From assembly GCA_047495785.1 (NCBI GenBank), contig JBLDXI010000042.1, positions 558,001-622,000 of the forward strand: a stretch of DNA of 64,000 nt, in the 5' to 3' direction. Positions 36,101 through 46,238 of this stretch are shown here, in pieces; within the stretch, counting starts at the first letter, position 1, and each line of letters starts with the position of its first letter. The position numbers and the translations under genes were made by a program. Source of the stretch: Lepidodermella squamata (Eukaryota; Animalia; Gastrotricha). The notes under the pieces are model-generated. The model worked only from the letters and a program-made list of their open reading frames with translations, did not search any database and was not told the origin of the DNA.

Positions 36101-37052
36101 TGAAGGCTTGATTCTAAACAATTACAAGTTGAAAAGCAAAGGTTGCAAATAACAAAACATTTACCGTGAATTTAGATCTCGCGCTGTTACAAGCAGCCAA
36201 GCTGTCTTTAATTGCGATGTTTTTGTACCAATCAAGCTGGAATTGGAAAAGTTTAAATAAAATCGAACGGCGAGCAGTGAATTTACCTCGATTTCTCTGT
36301 CCGCAGCTGGCTCGTCACTCAATTGACACTTGCCAAGGCCAGGATTGCAGCGTAGTGTCAGGGCGCCGTATTTGTAGCACATTTTAGCATTCTGTTATCG
36401 ATAACAAATTGTAGCAACAAGAGACGAGAAATTCAATCATCTCATACCCCTAATCGGCAGGTTTGTAGATCTGGGAACAGAGGTCCCCACTAAGGAAAAT
36501 AACTGAAATTTAACAATGGAATTGCAAGAAATCAAATAAGATTTTCCAACGGAAAAAAATGTTTTAGCAAATAAATTAAAATTTGAGGAGTCTGAATTTT
36601 AAAATCATGTATAATTTTAATTTTCGCGCAACATTTGAATTAATAGAAATCTTCGATATACTTATGAAATATAATTTTTCATGAATTAAGATGGTTTAGG
36701 AATGAAATGGAATTGTATTTTCAACTAGAAAAAATCAAGGACAATTTAGCAAATAAATTGAAAATTGGATTAAATCCTGCGAGCCTGTATATTTGAAATT
36801 ATTTACAATTTTAATTTGAATTACAGAAGAATTTTGAAGTAAAAGGTCAATTTAACGTAAAACTTCGATTTATCGAATAAAATTATTCAGAAATACCTGA
36901 TACTCGGTGATAGGATCACAGGTGGGGTTGTTATCACGACATGAAGTGAATGCGTTGTTGGTCACTTGGAAGCATCGTTTGAATATTTGACCTGTTACCC
37001 GGCTGATAATCGTTAACGAAGCAACGAAAATTATTAAAATAAAGCTTCTCAT
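21136..37052 (-). CDS. Secreted Cys-module + double-LamG protein, array copy A (~14 exons; one intron holds the nested TEs)
   Basis: ATG at 37052 (MRSFILIIFVASLTIISRVTG signal). Seven small exons at 37052-35700, continuing at 23185-22670, then LamG exons at ~22610-22257 and ~22175-21332, and last exon ...GSMACLNIFS...YCAAFAIPELL* (TGA 21136-21138). Exon phases were checked by hand for most junctions and match copies B and C. Confidence 0.75.
23645..24075 (+). repeat. 5' LTR
   Basis: tgtaaaaaggtg...ccgtactaca; differs from the 3' LTR only at cctttga vs ccttaga; TATA-like ctatataag at ~23845. Confidence 0.97.
23688..23775 (+). promoter_or_regulatory. Cluster of four NFI/CTF-type palindromes TTGGC-N5-GCCAA in the LTR U3
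   Basis: Exact matches at 23688, 23708 and 23741, and a one-mismatch site (GCCAT) at 23761; repeated in the 3' LTR. Confidence 0.6.
24083..24098 (+). other. Primer binding site
   Basis: TGGTGGCCACTGGTAG 7 nt after the 5' LTR; TGG start is complementary to a tRNA CCA end (tRNA-Ile-like, not verified). Confidence 0.7.
24150..25088 (+). CDS. gag: Gag with a CCHC zinc knuckle
   Basis: 312-aa ORF; QQPTESVREY capsid-type motif; CWNCNRPGHRKREC knuckle. Confidence 0.93.
   Translation: MSFEIQRSLNAFSKISGTNYERFQESWQQFIALARACGAKDEDPDAVGGVDSEALIARRKVIAVLPLYLTGRLLEVWQESTAAKTCTKLSAAKTILEEGANLQPDKALSEMTFMARAQQPTESVREYLTALKRLLYQAGYEDNSPDKKLIFDGKLLNRYALGLRPELRVAVYREGDPADIDTITARAEKAERADRLSNLGNSVIGAIGSAESDSADRLINALVSQAETAKAQNEAIKQLTDRVGKLSTEEQPPAPRRVITCWNCNRPGHRKRECRQPLRSTRGRTFGRAFGFRKTWTPPNSSQDQGNEEGQT
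25034..27286 (+). CDS. pol: Pol 5' part (protease, RT, RNase H), interrupted by the Sola1 insertion
   Basis: LLDTGA protease, YADD RT, IESDSSDHAIGGVL...EKECLA...DHNPL RNase H. Lies in the -1 frame relative to gag, with slippery G GGA AAC at 25064-25070. Confidence 0.93.
27287..31098 (-). mobile_element. Sola1-type DNA transposon, 3812 bp, inserted in pol
   Basis: Imperfect TIRs cgatgattttgcgctataa / ttttagcgcaaaaccgtcg; 4-bp TSD ATAT at 27283-27286 and 31099-31102 (AWWT is typical of Sola1). Removing the element plus one TSD restores the pol frame VLVRYPEESNK. Confidence 0.9.
27643..29538 (-). CDS. Sola1-like DDD transposase, 631 aa
   Basis: QFDMQ...W...GGRGTDEVGSCL...WSDSTGSQNKS...GHSQMECDSVHATIE motifs; PKKDTCKKC zinc motif. 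Confidence 0.85.
   Translation of the reverse strand: MTDNDHWLKQFPPRIVDSRHRPSKQAMERKRKRNSGKPYRQSDKGVSAKFNSGRKPVYFKCGCWRKCSLKFNENSVKQCFNTYWSRASIDARRAFINRYVSYKQKRENGPRRFDYYLPGNYLATPSPSQSRDSIEVCRSFFLKALDETRAFINTTVEKKVEDGFYIIPDQRGRHKPPNTTSDNSYKFVYQHITSFERLDSHYARSQTSKQYLGSALNLKEMHRMYCIAHQNWALRTDEKPVKYATYRSIFKRSFPNLAFSHPKKDTCKKCTRFATLPDELFTHEVIVEKRNHESNRDAARDAKNADKILAKQSKGLILCIQFDMQSILESPCCSIMYKKKFHTSNLTFYDTSSKDVYCFMWDQTEGGRGTDEVGSCLYKFITEMIPDEVEQLILWSDSTGSQNKSQYIVNALFAALSNSKGNLKVIDHKFFEPGHSQMECDSVHATIEREAKKRVNISYSKEWREIVAASRKAPIDADLRLEVYGEETPNRLKVKPYSITEMQFASFFSFDKSPKFAQYLQDEQKNDVKWSEPCWFRYEKDYPNYLQTKKTFDLAFHTFVAKRYNKDVILFPFQLVQKYEKRLPIESSLKKDLIEMVNKGTIPEAYRSVIMAYEEDADKPTACSIDAKPPP
31103..32776 (+). 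CDS. pol: Pol 3' part: integrase (HHCC, DDE, GPY/F) with a Pro-rich tail
   Basis: HLHD...GHLG...CIPC; WDIMG, SDNG, CERQN; WRGPYTV; no chromodomain recognisable. Confidence 0.93.
   Translation, partial: PEESNKELKQYVLPATLRKMILQHLHDEVGGHLGMDRTIARIKEQYFWPDLETDVADYVRECIPCQQRKGPIKHPVAELHPIETSSFGELYVWDIMGPVQPSDGYRYVLLIGDHFSKYFQAWPLRTITAEKVVEKLLEFCYIHGFPKRILSDNGAQLIGKLVSEVEKLLQITQVRTTAFKPSTNGLCERQNLTIANMIANSLSQKGGKWHEQLQPVMFFYNTSRHSQTTYSPAFLATGRRIRLPGEIVADNGGKPVSTVDYANKLHRNLVTANKIVNDRMKLVRERQKAIYDQKAGNCDPFPEGTLVWLHCPALPASSSTPRKFWSPWRGPYTVLQRIGVNYEIQLYNGSQKPKFVHRNRLKPFYGDVDKLAKSNQAAQVKEPEDNEDLAEKQRRDELNSDSQNTPKPARLMLQTKPQAMPEKPVRSPIHSYNLRSNKLDSLWDQDRFDTSPVEEPRPEPEPNPLSPVIPAVPRPLVPIPVDPPANPIPAGSPEPEPDPIADLGYLGLAELFENESDQGEERPDIEILPYRTYRNPRAPSESTRPKLDRPSFYRKTN
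32798..34000 (+). CDS. Env-like type I membrane glycoprotein (ORF3), 400 aa
   Basis: Thr-rich N-terminal region, furin-like RRKRR and RKRARR, Cys-rich ectodomain (CRRSNNTVTCP), N-glycosylation sequons, TM LIWWGMAFIAIVALATLLLFTAV, basic tail. Located between pol and the 3' LTR. Confidence 0.7.
   Translation: MTMLLILTTTMVERVGATDKTEIWIHKLVATATRESIIFVENVVEDTTTSPRTPTAITKIMTSTARLDKTTTEQTTPSHARRKRRQFIDTELLESSEIRDRKRARRMDRNAVDSQDESSLSPASIGRTRLAPKRKYHSQQCQLLRVIPLHYAKDDRCVISAFYLINFYQPIITCNEGKFYISSSLLRTCRRSNNTVTCPWKVYAERIKVEWMHPENKDRQDHCIVSSSFCEILPPWIRLGNNKFWLSQAIRITSTNITSYISAATVLTLAAGADIFFIDRQIHIYDRNDTSTAANEKLWQLDDSLTMVHAVDEQLCYGSYDTYSTSRLIWWGMAFIAIVALATLLLFTAVRWPASSKIRCKNQRAISMDDFEILPSAKNIHGGRAGLKPKRQKKCTLTAI
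34091..34852 (+). CDS. Orphan ORF4 of the Gypsy element, 253 aa, function unknown
   Basis: Intact GC-richer ORF with good Kozak context (cagccATG); TATATAAA at 33994-34001 upstream and AATAAA at 34961-34966 downstream. Confidence 0.65.
   Translation: MRPPSVSEEESVAEYPPPQPPQPNAEYGPESNPPSPPILPANARDFVYRDGFQRNNTWLHDDGTVSQVTTRFTEAENEAPFLYRRLANAQPDGPRVTMMLQAVPSSLKPASVLPDRMPDEGALHTLEYRTWRVIFTERIMRLVTPRTRLEQVLGTTDIPRLEYNSLTLNARITLPARFNLWQTQPFSELEEITLMSNDWNSEFYVGGGVRQVPCNRMLDQHIFLDDLAYMRQLNAEGYLINPSLPHGFPDQPM
34969..34979 (+). other. Polypurine tract
   Basis: AAGGGGAAAGG abutting the 3' LTR. Confidence 0.85.
34980..35410 (+). repeat. 3' LTR
   Basis: Direct repeat of 23645-24075. Confidence 0.97.
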
Positions 37053-38084
37053 TTCTATTTTTCCATTGAAAGAAAATAAAATTGTTAATGACAGGGAGGC
37101 TTGTAAATTTACTGAAATCACTCTTTTACGACTGGCTAGTGGCTCGTGCTATAAAATAACATCACATGACAGTAAAACATCCAAAACAGCACCACATGAC
37201 AAAAAAAACAAATGTTCGATTCATGTTCAATTTAACCCGGACTAGCGAAATCACACAAGCAGGCGAAATCGCTTTTCGATCGATTCGGCCTCTAGAAAAA
37301 TAGCAATGATTTTGGAATTTGGAACGATTGGGAACGATCAGAGTAAGATTTTCTTTGGCAGAGCATTAATCACTTCAAAACTCAAAGCATCTTCAATTGT
37401 TCGCAATTCACACCTCGAATAAGTGTTTTAGCACTAGTTTTTGCACACACACATTGGTAAAGGCTGTAAATTGTAACACGTAAACGATTCGAACATTGCT
37501 GAAATATCAGATTGGCGGTTCCAATAAAAGCAATTATCAAACCTAAAATTATCGCCTTGTAGGAACATCACAAATCCAATTTTTTCGCAGTATTTAATCG
37601 TGAACTTTAATCGCGCGAATTAGAAAAATAAGTGCCTTCGAAAAACCGAAATTTCGACGTTTTTCATTCGCAAACTCGGCGGATATCGTGCGGATATCAA
37701 TTTACTCCTTGTGCCTCGATCTTTGCCATAGCCATGCCATTTCATCCCATTAAAATATAAGATGGAAAGCTCATTTTCACTGTGCTACCGGTCGCTGTAG
37801 TGTTCGCATTTCTGTAAGGTACTTTGCGATGAAAAATGTCGACATGGTGAACAATAGAGCGAGAAAAGCTCCATGTGACGCATGCAATGGGACGGAAAAA
37901 TATAAAATGACCGATTTTAAGAAATTGGCTTCAAAAGAATAGAAAATTTGCGTGTTAAATAATTCCAGCAATATTGTTTATTCCATAAATCGGCTGTAAA
38001 TATCATAAAAATATGTAAAGTTCAACGTCATTATATACAATACGAACATAAATAGACACAAATAACATTTTATTCCGATAATGA

Positions 38085-38250
38085 ATTATCTTCACTGGAC
38101 ATTAGTCTCACAGCAGTTCGGGAATCGCCAAAGCAGCACAATAAATGTGTGCAATTCGTTATTTCGAAGGAAATCACAGCAACTGAAAAAACGTTGAGAC
38201 AAGCAATACTTCCCATCAACGGCTCGACTGGACTCGACTGGAGATCTGCG
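38085..38250 (-). pseudogene. Isolated degenerate last exon of the LamG array gene
   Basis: SPVEPLMGSIACLNVFS matches the last exons of copies A-C, then goes out of frame; no upstream exons nearby. Confidence 0.65.
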
Positions 38251-38996
38251 CACAAGTATATACACAAATATATACTAAGTTGTGAATCTGATTTTCCCTA
38301 ACGTTGCACTATTTTTGCAACTTTCGTCATTCTTGTTCCCGGTTGGAATAAGGCCGTCAAGTTCAAAACGCCTCAAGTTTTCTATTGCTATTTTGCTAGC
38401 AATTTTGCTAGCTTGATCCAAAGGAAACTGCGAAAAGTGTTCTGCTAACCGAGTTCATCTTAGCTCTGTCAGCAATTGCGGCTGTTATCTCGATCTATCA
38501 ACTATGGGCTAATTTGGTCCATGAGCCTAAAACCCGGCTTAGCAAGAAATTTGAAGAGAAAATCTACTGGGGCCCGTTCCTCTTATCGCTGATTGGTTTT
38601 GCTTTGATTTGGTTGGGAATTCTTTTGTCGAATGTTGTTGTCTACTAAAAATTCCAAGTACGCTTTCGTCCCTTAATCTGAGCAATAGAAAAGGAAGTAT
38701 TCTTTTATATATTAACTTTCTCGAGAAAGGGCGTGCTTTTTGTGAATTATACTCTAACGAGGATTTCATAGTTCAAAGGCTCCCAGGTCCCATACTAAAA
38801 TTTACCCCCTGGACCTCTCGAGCTGGATGTCCTGTATTCACCCGTCACCCTTTACTTCCTATACTATGAAATTTCTACTTCCCATGAAACAAGCCAACTG
38901 GAATTGGTTAAAATAAACTTTATTGTTAGCATATTTCAATTTCAATTACGATGATACCAAAGCTTTTATTAGCCATCAGAAAGTTATAGGAATTTT

Positions 38997-39446
38997 TCAA
39001 GGCCTGTCCATGCGATCAGCAAAGCATTCGCACTCAGGCTTCGACGACCACGCCTCCTCAGCCGAAGTAAAGTGGTGCGGCAGCTTCATGGCATCGCACA
39101 TATCAATGCAAATCTGCTCGTTCTCAACAACGCTGAACTTGTACTTGCGAGTGTCGTACTGGCTGCAGGCGCAAGCGCGAACTGGGCCGTGGAACTTGGA
39201 GAAGGGATAGATAGCTTCGAGGCAGTATGCGTCGCATTCCTGCTCGTTTTCGGCGACATCTTCGAAAATCATAGGCTTCAACCATTCAGCGCCATCATCA
39301 GGGTTGTCCTCGCCGAAACTTTCCAGCCAATAGGCCTGGTAAGCATCGGAGCCTTGCTCGAGGGGCGCTCCAATATCGCCAGGGATAATTTTAGCGCATG
39401 CTACGGCGAAAAGGGCGAAAAAAACGATAATAGCGGAGTTCATCAC
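38997..39446 (-). CDS. Small secreted acidic protein with two CxxxC...CxC modules, 149 aa
   Basis: Signal peptide MMNSAIIVFFALFAVACA; acidic linker; repeats ENEQECDAYC...CAC and ENEQICIDMC...CEC; upstream TATA (minus strand ~39495-39502) and downstream AATAAA. Confidence 0.8.
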   Translation of the reverse strand: MMNSAIIVFFALFAVACAKIIPGDIGAPLEQGSDAYQAYWLESFGEDNPDDGAEWLKPMIFEDVAENEQECDAYCLEAIYPFSKFHGPVRACACSQYDTRKYKFSVVENEQICIDMCDAMKLPHHFTSAEEAWSSKPECECFADRMDRP

Positions 39447-39986
39447 TAATTTTGGCTATCGAGAATATTTTACATTGGGCCTATTTTCCGGCTATTTATA
39501 ATATTTGAAATTGTGCGTGGGTGCATGGTGTCGCGAATTTTTTTCCATGAGACTTCAGCTGTTCGTCGCGAGACTGATAACAGCTAGGGAGAAAAATCTC
39601 GAATTAACCGACATTTTTTGTTTAAACACCTGCGCAAAAGAATAACGCGGGGGAAGCTGGTATTAGGAACTTTTTTAATGCCGAGTGCTCATAAAATTGC
39701 ACTTGAACTGCGAATGTCCCCTAAAGTGAATCCGGGAAGTTCCAGTTGAGCAGTGACTCGAAATAATTTTGCTAAAATAAAGCTCTTCAGCAAGAAAAGG
39801 AAGAAGTTTGCCTCGAATAACTGCATATTTATTTATTCGATAAATCGGAGTTACATGTCAAATCAGCTCACATTATTCACATTATTATATATCTTATACT
39901 CGAAGCTCGGCATAAATAAACACATGAATAACATTTTAGTCATATCTCAAATTTTCTTCACAGGACATTGAGGGTGAAGAACGATC

Positions 39987-42900
39987 TCACAGCAATTCAG
40001 GAATCGCAAATGCAGCACAGTAAATTTGTAGAACTCGCTGTTTTTCGAAAGAACCTGCCGTGTTGAAAGCATCTGAGAAAATGTTCAGGCAAGCCATGCT
40101 TCCCATCAACGGCTCAACCGGAGTAGCCCAAGACCTGTGAAAAAATCATATAACTGGAAAATGAACAACATTATCGACTATTCGTGGGACATTCATACCC
40201 AGCCAAGTGAAATGAGTTGGAAGTTGTGAACGGAGAGGGAGGTGTGACTTGTTCAACTCCACCTATCGTTGAACAAGTGAAGTAAAATTTTCCGCCATAG
40301 GCATCATAAGAAATCTTAAGATAAAGCCATGGGTATCCATAGAACGAGGGAGAATTAACCGATATGTCAGCCGACCCATCACCATACGGCCTCAGCTTGA
40401 AGGTCCCAGCTCCGACGGCCGTAAGTTTGAAGCCCGTCTTCGACCCATCGGAAGCAAATTCCAGGATAGTGCCGATCTGCATCGGCGAAGCAGCGAATAA
40501 TACAATCGAGAAATCAGCATTCAAGTTTATCTTTCCAGCAGTTACAGCAATAGGATCGGTTGAGTTGTAGTAAAAGGCCGTGTTGGGCCGGCCAAACGGC
40601 CCAGTAACTTGCTGCAGCGTGGTATTCGAGGTCGTAAAATCAGCTCTAGGCTCGATGCGGTCATTCAGATCGGAAACCAGCGGCCAACTGGCAATTAACC
40701 CTGGCAATCGCGATTTCAACACGTCCATAGTCAAAATCTTGCCGAGCTGAATTTGAAGGCACTTTTTGCGAAGTATCCACAATTGGTCGACCGTCAAGGC
40801 GTGTCTGTGGAGCGAAAAACATGCCAGCCTGCCATTGAAAGTGCCGTTTCCGCTGAGATCGCCACCGAGTCGTATTTTCGTACTAGCCTTCACTTGTTCT
40901 CTGTGTAACAAGCCCCCTGGCAAATCTACGACGAAGTCATCATGTACGATCAGGAGATTCTCTGTGTCAGCGTTGTAAGATATAGCGACGAAGGACCAAT
41001 TCGGATCCACATTCGGATCCACCCTAAAATTGCCAGAGTCGATATCAACTATAAAGAAAAAATGGAGTTCACCTCTAAATAATTAATATACTCAAGAGGG
41101 TCCATATTGTCAACAAAAATAAAAAGCGTCAGTGATGGTATTGCTAATCATTATTAATCACAGGAGTAATTATAGTTAGTCTACGCAAAATAGGGGCTAG
41201 GGGCATTATTAGAGGAAAAGAATTAAACGAACGCACCTAGTTTTAGTTGCAAATTGTACATTGCTCTGTCAATTGCAACGCCAGTAAGATCTACTGTGTC
41301 GTAGAACTCAAAAATAGTTTGCGAGCCGCTGGAACCCGATGGAAAGAATACATATTCAGCAATTGTGAATGATGAATTCTCGACATTCAGCAAGCTATTA
41401 TCCAAGAGTACAGCGCCATTTGTAGAGTTGATAGAGACCGCCGAGCTGCCATATGGACCGCTGTCATATGTCAAAGATGAGCCGGAATAAATTCCGTTGA
41501 TGCCATTTCCACTGATGTCACTCGTGCCGTATTCCTGGCTGAGAGGCAGGTAAACCGTCTCAAATAGTAGCCCGAAAGGAGTCTCTGAGTTGAAAATTCG
41601 AATTAATTTCTGAATAAGCCGGGAAATTTAGGCTAACTTACGTTCATAACACAGTTCAGCACTGTTGAACAACGATGTGGAAGTCTGAATACGAAAATTA
41701 GCTGTGATGAAACATCAGCTTAAATCAATCAGGCTTACCCAGTTTTGAGGGCAGTCGCTTGCTACTGGAACGCATTTCGCCGCCATGTGAAGTGCAAACG
41801 TGCAAAGCTTGTGCTAGAAAATCGAAAACAGAAAAATGCAATAGGCAGTGAGCCAAGTACAAGGGGTAATGGAGGGTATCGTACCCCCCAGTTCGCAAGG
41901 CCAAGGTGGAAAATCTCAGAAAAATCGACAGGGGGACCTTTTGGTCATAGAATGTGGTCCCAAAAATACCCCATAGTTCGAGGATACCATTCCGCGCACT
42001 GTCAATGGGGGTTATTTTCGAAGTTGCCTTCATGGTTAAGTCGACTCCATAGACAACACTGCAACAGATAGGACGCAAACGGTCTTTCCATAGTGAATAT
42101 ATTCGAGCTGTTATTGCAAAAAGCGCGGCACACGACCACTTTTTACGCCACCCAACGCCCTATCCGCCCATTGTAATTTTAATTAATTTCAAAAATCGAC
42201 CGAGCAAATGGTCCCTTTTATAATTTTCTGAGTTTCAGTAGATACCGTAAACTACAGTATATAGGCAGCATCCTGAATAAAGACCGCACCCAAATAATCG
42301 CCGCAAAATAGCCCTATTTACATCAATTCAGCATAAATAAAGGCCGCGCGCAAATAATCGCCGCACCTAAGCACGTGATCAACAGCCACCCAGGCAAATC
42401 GCCAGATGGCACCCCCACTGCGACTCCTACCGCTACGCCGACCTACTTTATACTCACTAGGTGACGTCGAGGAGGCGGATTATCCGAATAGCCGCGCGTG
42501 AATTGGCTGCGCAAGCCCCTTGTTACACCTGTTACGCCTGCTACAAGTTTTGAAAAATTGAGGGAAATAAAGACCGCACTCGAATAATCGCCGCACTCAA
42601 ATAATCGCCGCACTTTTTGCCTCTTTTTCAAAAATCAGGAAAATTAGTCGCCGCGGCCTTTATACTGTAGTTTACGGTAGATAATAGAATCCGCGGTCTA
42701 TCGAATGAGTCCAGGTACATGTTGTAGGCTCGCATGGTTAACTTTCTAGAATTTGTTGAAAACAGCTATTTATGCTGATTTTCAACAAATCTTCCATTCT
42801 TCTGCTGCGGTTACGATATAAAACATGTGCGGTAATTAATTAATTTTGATTTTCCGATATTTTTTGGCTTGAATAACGATTCGTTGCGAACAACTCTGAA

Positions 42901-45064
42901 ATAAGCAACGTGGCGAGAGAAAGCAAGTCCAAGTTGCATGAAAATACAATCGTTATTCAAGCCGAAGAATCGGAAAATCAAAATTAATTAATTACCGCAC
43001 AAGTTTTAGTGGATAGAGTTGGATAGAGTTGGATAGAGAAAATTCTCAATATGGATAAATTAATTTTTCTAGAATTTTCTAAAATTTTCTCAAAGAGCTA
43101 AAATTACAATGGGCGGATGGCGTAAAAAGTGGTCGCGTGCCACGGTTTTTGCAATAACAGCTCAAATATATTCACCATGAAAAGATCGTTTGCGTCCTAT
43201 CTGTTACAGTGTAATACCAGCTTTATCCGATAAAGTCGACATTAGCTTATTTCGGCTTGGGACATTTTTATGTTAGTAAAAAAATACCGTATTTTCCGTG
43301 GCTTCCATCTTGCAGGCGTCGTGATTTTCTTTGAACGACGTCGAGTTTCCATAGATCTTAACCTGAAATCGAAAAATAACTTTGAATCTTCCGAAGCTGG
43401 TCATAATGACCGGCTTACCTGTGTACCATACGGATAAATTCCATAGCACTGCTTTCCATTGGCTGTGTCACATTGGACGGCCCTCTATTAGACACAGAAA
43501 ATTGGAGTTGAATCGCCTCGATTATTTTATCAACTTGAAGTGAACTTTATCTGTTGATACGTATTTCTTGATACTATATTTTGAAAAATAGGGTTAAGAC
43601 GTGTGCGATTATCAGGCGGGAATCTCCCCCACCTACGCAATTAAAACTGAGCCCACTATTTAGTCAATTTTGAGATCTGAGCATGTTTCAATCGAATTCA
43701 TGACATTGTTGCGAAATATTAAACATATAAAAACTTATTTCCATCCCGGGCAGCTTAAGGATCCATGATCCCACCCTCAATAAAGATAAATTAATATCGA
43801 TCGATTTGTTTAACTGATTAGTGGAATTTTTTATTTCGAAAAGGTGATTTTAAAATGAAATCATAATTACCCCTTTCAGGCAGTTTTCCCTGTTGCTAAA
43901 CGTAGCCGGCGAAAAATGTCGAGTTTCCGCCCCAGCCTGGCAGCCAGATGTCTCGAGGCGGCAATCGATGAAGGTCCTATTGGATGAGCTGAAGCACCTA
44001 ACATGCGGTTTCTCACTGTCTGGAACTTGAACTTTTACAGTTCAAAATGAATGAATTAATATGCTAGCTTATATTATTAATTACTCACGCGTAGTTCCAG
44101 AGATACACAGGCCAAGATTAGAATAATTGCCCCCTGCGACCTTCAAGAACAAACAAAGTATTTGAAACTACATGTACTCCTATGAACGGAATAAGTTTTC
44201 GAACCCAGTTCTCAGGACATGTGTAGTTGGAGGGTAGACATGTTTTCACCACTCCGTTGTTCGTGCACCGCTTGAAAGCTTGATTCTAAAAATCACCGTT
44301 TTACACAAAAAGCAGGAAAAATAGGCGTAAAAGAAATTACCGCGAATTTAGATCTCGCGCTGTTACAAGCAGCCAAACTGTCTTTCAAAGTGTTATTTCG
44401 GTACCAATCAAGCTGATCAAATTGATAAAAAAATAAATTGAGAAACAATCGAAGGTGGAGGGGTAAATTTACTTCGATTTCTCGTTCATCAGCTGGCTCG
44501 CCTGTTAATTTGCAGTTGCCAAGGCCAGGATTGCAGCGTGGTGTTAATGCGCCGTATTTGTAGCACATTTTAGCATTCTCATATCAATAAAAATTTGCAG
44601 CAGCAAAATAGCAGCAATTCAAATTTCTTACCCCTGATCGGCAGGTTTTTAGATCTGGGAACAAAGGTCCCCACTAAGGAAAAATAAATTAAAATTAAAC
44701 ATTGAAATTGCAAGAAATTAATTCAGATTTTAAATCCGAAATTAAAATTGAAGAAGAATAACTCTAAAAATTGAAAGAAAACACCTAATATCGTGAATGT
44801 ATAAAAATTAGTTATAATTTTTTAATTTGAAAAAATAACACCTCGATGTTAAAATTCAATGTAAAGTAATTTTTCGACTTATCATATAAAATTCTTCAAA
44901 AATACCTGATACTCGGTGATAGGATCACAGGTAGGGTTGTCATCACGGCACGAAGTAAACGCATTGTTCGTCACCTGGAAGCATCGCTTAAAGACTTGAC
45001 ATGATGCCTGGCCGGTAAACGTGAACACAATAATGAGAATTAGTGACATAAAGCTGCTGCTCAT
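39987..45064 (-). CDS. Secreted Cys-module + double-LamG protein, array copy B
   Basis: ATG 45064 (MSSSFMSLILIIVFTFTGQASC); same exon series as copy A; LamG exons in ORFs 41223-41474 and 40171-41022; last exon ends YCAAFAIPELL* (TGA 39987-39989). Confidence 0.78.
42057..43211. mobile_element. CACTG...CAGTG non-autonomous element with long TIRs, in an intron of copy B
   Basis: cactgcaacagataggacgcaaacg...gagctgttattgcaaaa matches the reverse complement of 43085-43211; same family as 23205. Confidence 0.8.
42245..42677. mobile_element. pogo/Tigger-type (Tc1-mariner) MITE nested in the CACTG element
   Basis: TA|ccgtaaactacagtata ... tatactgtagtttacgg|TA; internal aataatcgccgca repeats. Confidence 0.85.
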
Positions 45065-45940
45065 TGCTGTTTTATTTGGAAAAATAAAAACGATGAATGA
45101 GAGAGGTGTGTTTAAAATTTAATGAAATCGCTCGTTTATGCCTGGCTCGTGGCTCGTGCTATAAAATAACATCACATGACAAAATCACATGATAAAAAAT
45201 GATCAAAGCAATGTTACATGCGATATAGAAAAACAAATTTTTGATTTAATTTGGCCTAGCGATATCACGCATGCAGGCGACATCATGATTCGTCTTGATT
45301 TAGTATTTCTCATAAAAGATGTCCACTCTCTCCTTAATATTCAAAATGATCGATTCGGCTGCTATAAGGGCAATGATTTGGTTTTGGGAGCTTGATCATA
45401 TCATAAAGACAGCTTCGAAAATAACCCTCATTGAAGCCGTAAATCAGATACCTAATTAGATCAAAGAAACATTGGTCAACGCCAGTTGCGCGAAGTATGA
45501 TCCTCGAACTAGGGGGTATTTTTGGGCCCTAATTTTATGACCAAAGGGTCCCCCTGTGGTTTTTTGGGGGTTTCTCCTCTTTGGCCTGCCGAACTGGGGG
45601 GTACGATACCCCTCGTACCTCCCCGGTTACATCAACAAAAATGAGAGAGCCACTGCTGATTTAACGGAATCTAAGAAAAATCAACTGCTTTGTTTTCCCA
45701 CCGAAAGTTTAAGCGTTTTTCATGATTCAGCTGAACTTCTACGACCCATGGTGTTCCGCTCTATTCTCATGAGTAAGCAGTCTATCTTAAATTATGACTC
45801 ATCCGAGCTCATCCGACTGACTTGAGTGCTCGGAATTCCGAAGCTTAGCGTCATTTGTTTGCAATCTCAGTATGTATTCAGCTTAGACCTCACTTTGTTC
45901 TTTGTTAGCCCTGAGGACGATGAAAAACTGGAGTAATCAC

Positions 45941-46061
45941 ACAAAACCAGTTACCGTAAATTCCAAAATACAAGCCCATGCAACACTCTTTGTCGGCACT
46001 TTGATGTTCTTTGTAGTGCCGCCTGGGCTTGTATTTGAATATTTACGGTAACTGGTTTTGT
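45941..46061. mobile_element. Small hairpin MITE with pogo-like ccgtaaat ends
   Basis: acaaaaccagttaccgtaaat...aatacaagccca / tgggcttgtattt...atttacggtaactggttttgt inverted repeat. Confidence 0.6.
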
Positions 46062-46238
46062 TAGCATGTCGTAGTTTTATTTATATAGGCCCTCCGCCGG
46101 CCGGCGCTATAGCCACAATGGTTTTTGAAAATAGTTTGTCTTGTATTATTGCCTATGGATTGAAGTAAACTTATTCTTTGTATAGTTAAATTTCCACAAT
46201 AGATATAATCACCAAAGAGGAAGTCATAGGTATACTTT

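Noticed and set aside
36440-36490. Apparent in-frame TGA (possible selenocysteine or pseudogene) in exon 2 of array copy A
   Set aside because: GGG|GTATGA is the splice donor (GTAAGA in copy B), so the TGA is intronic.
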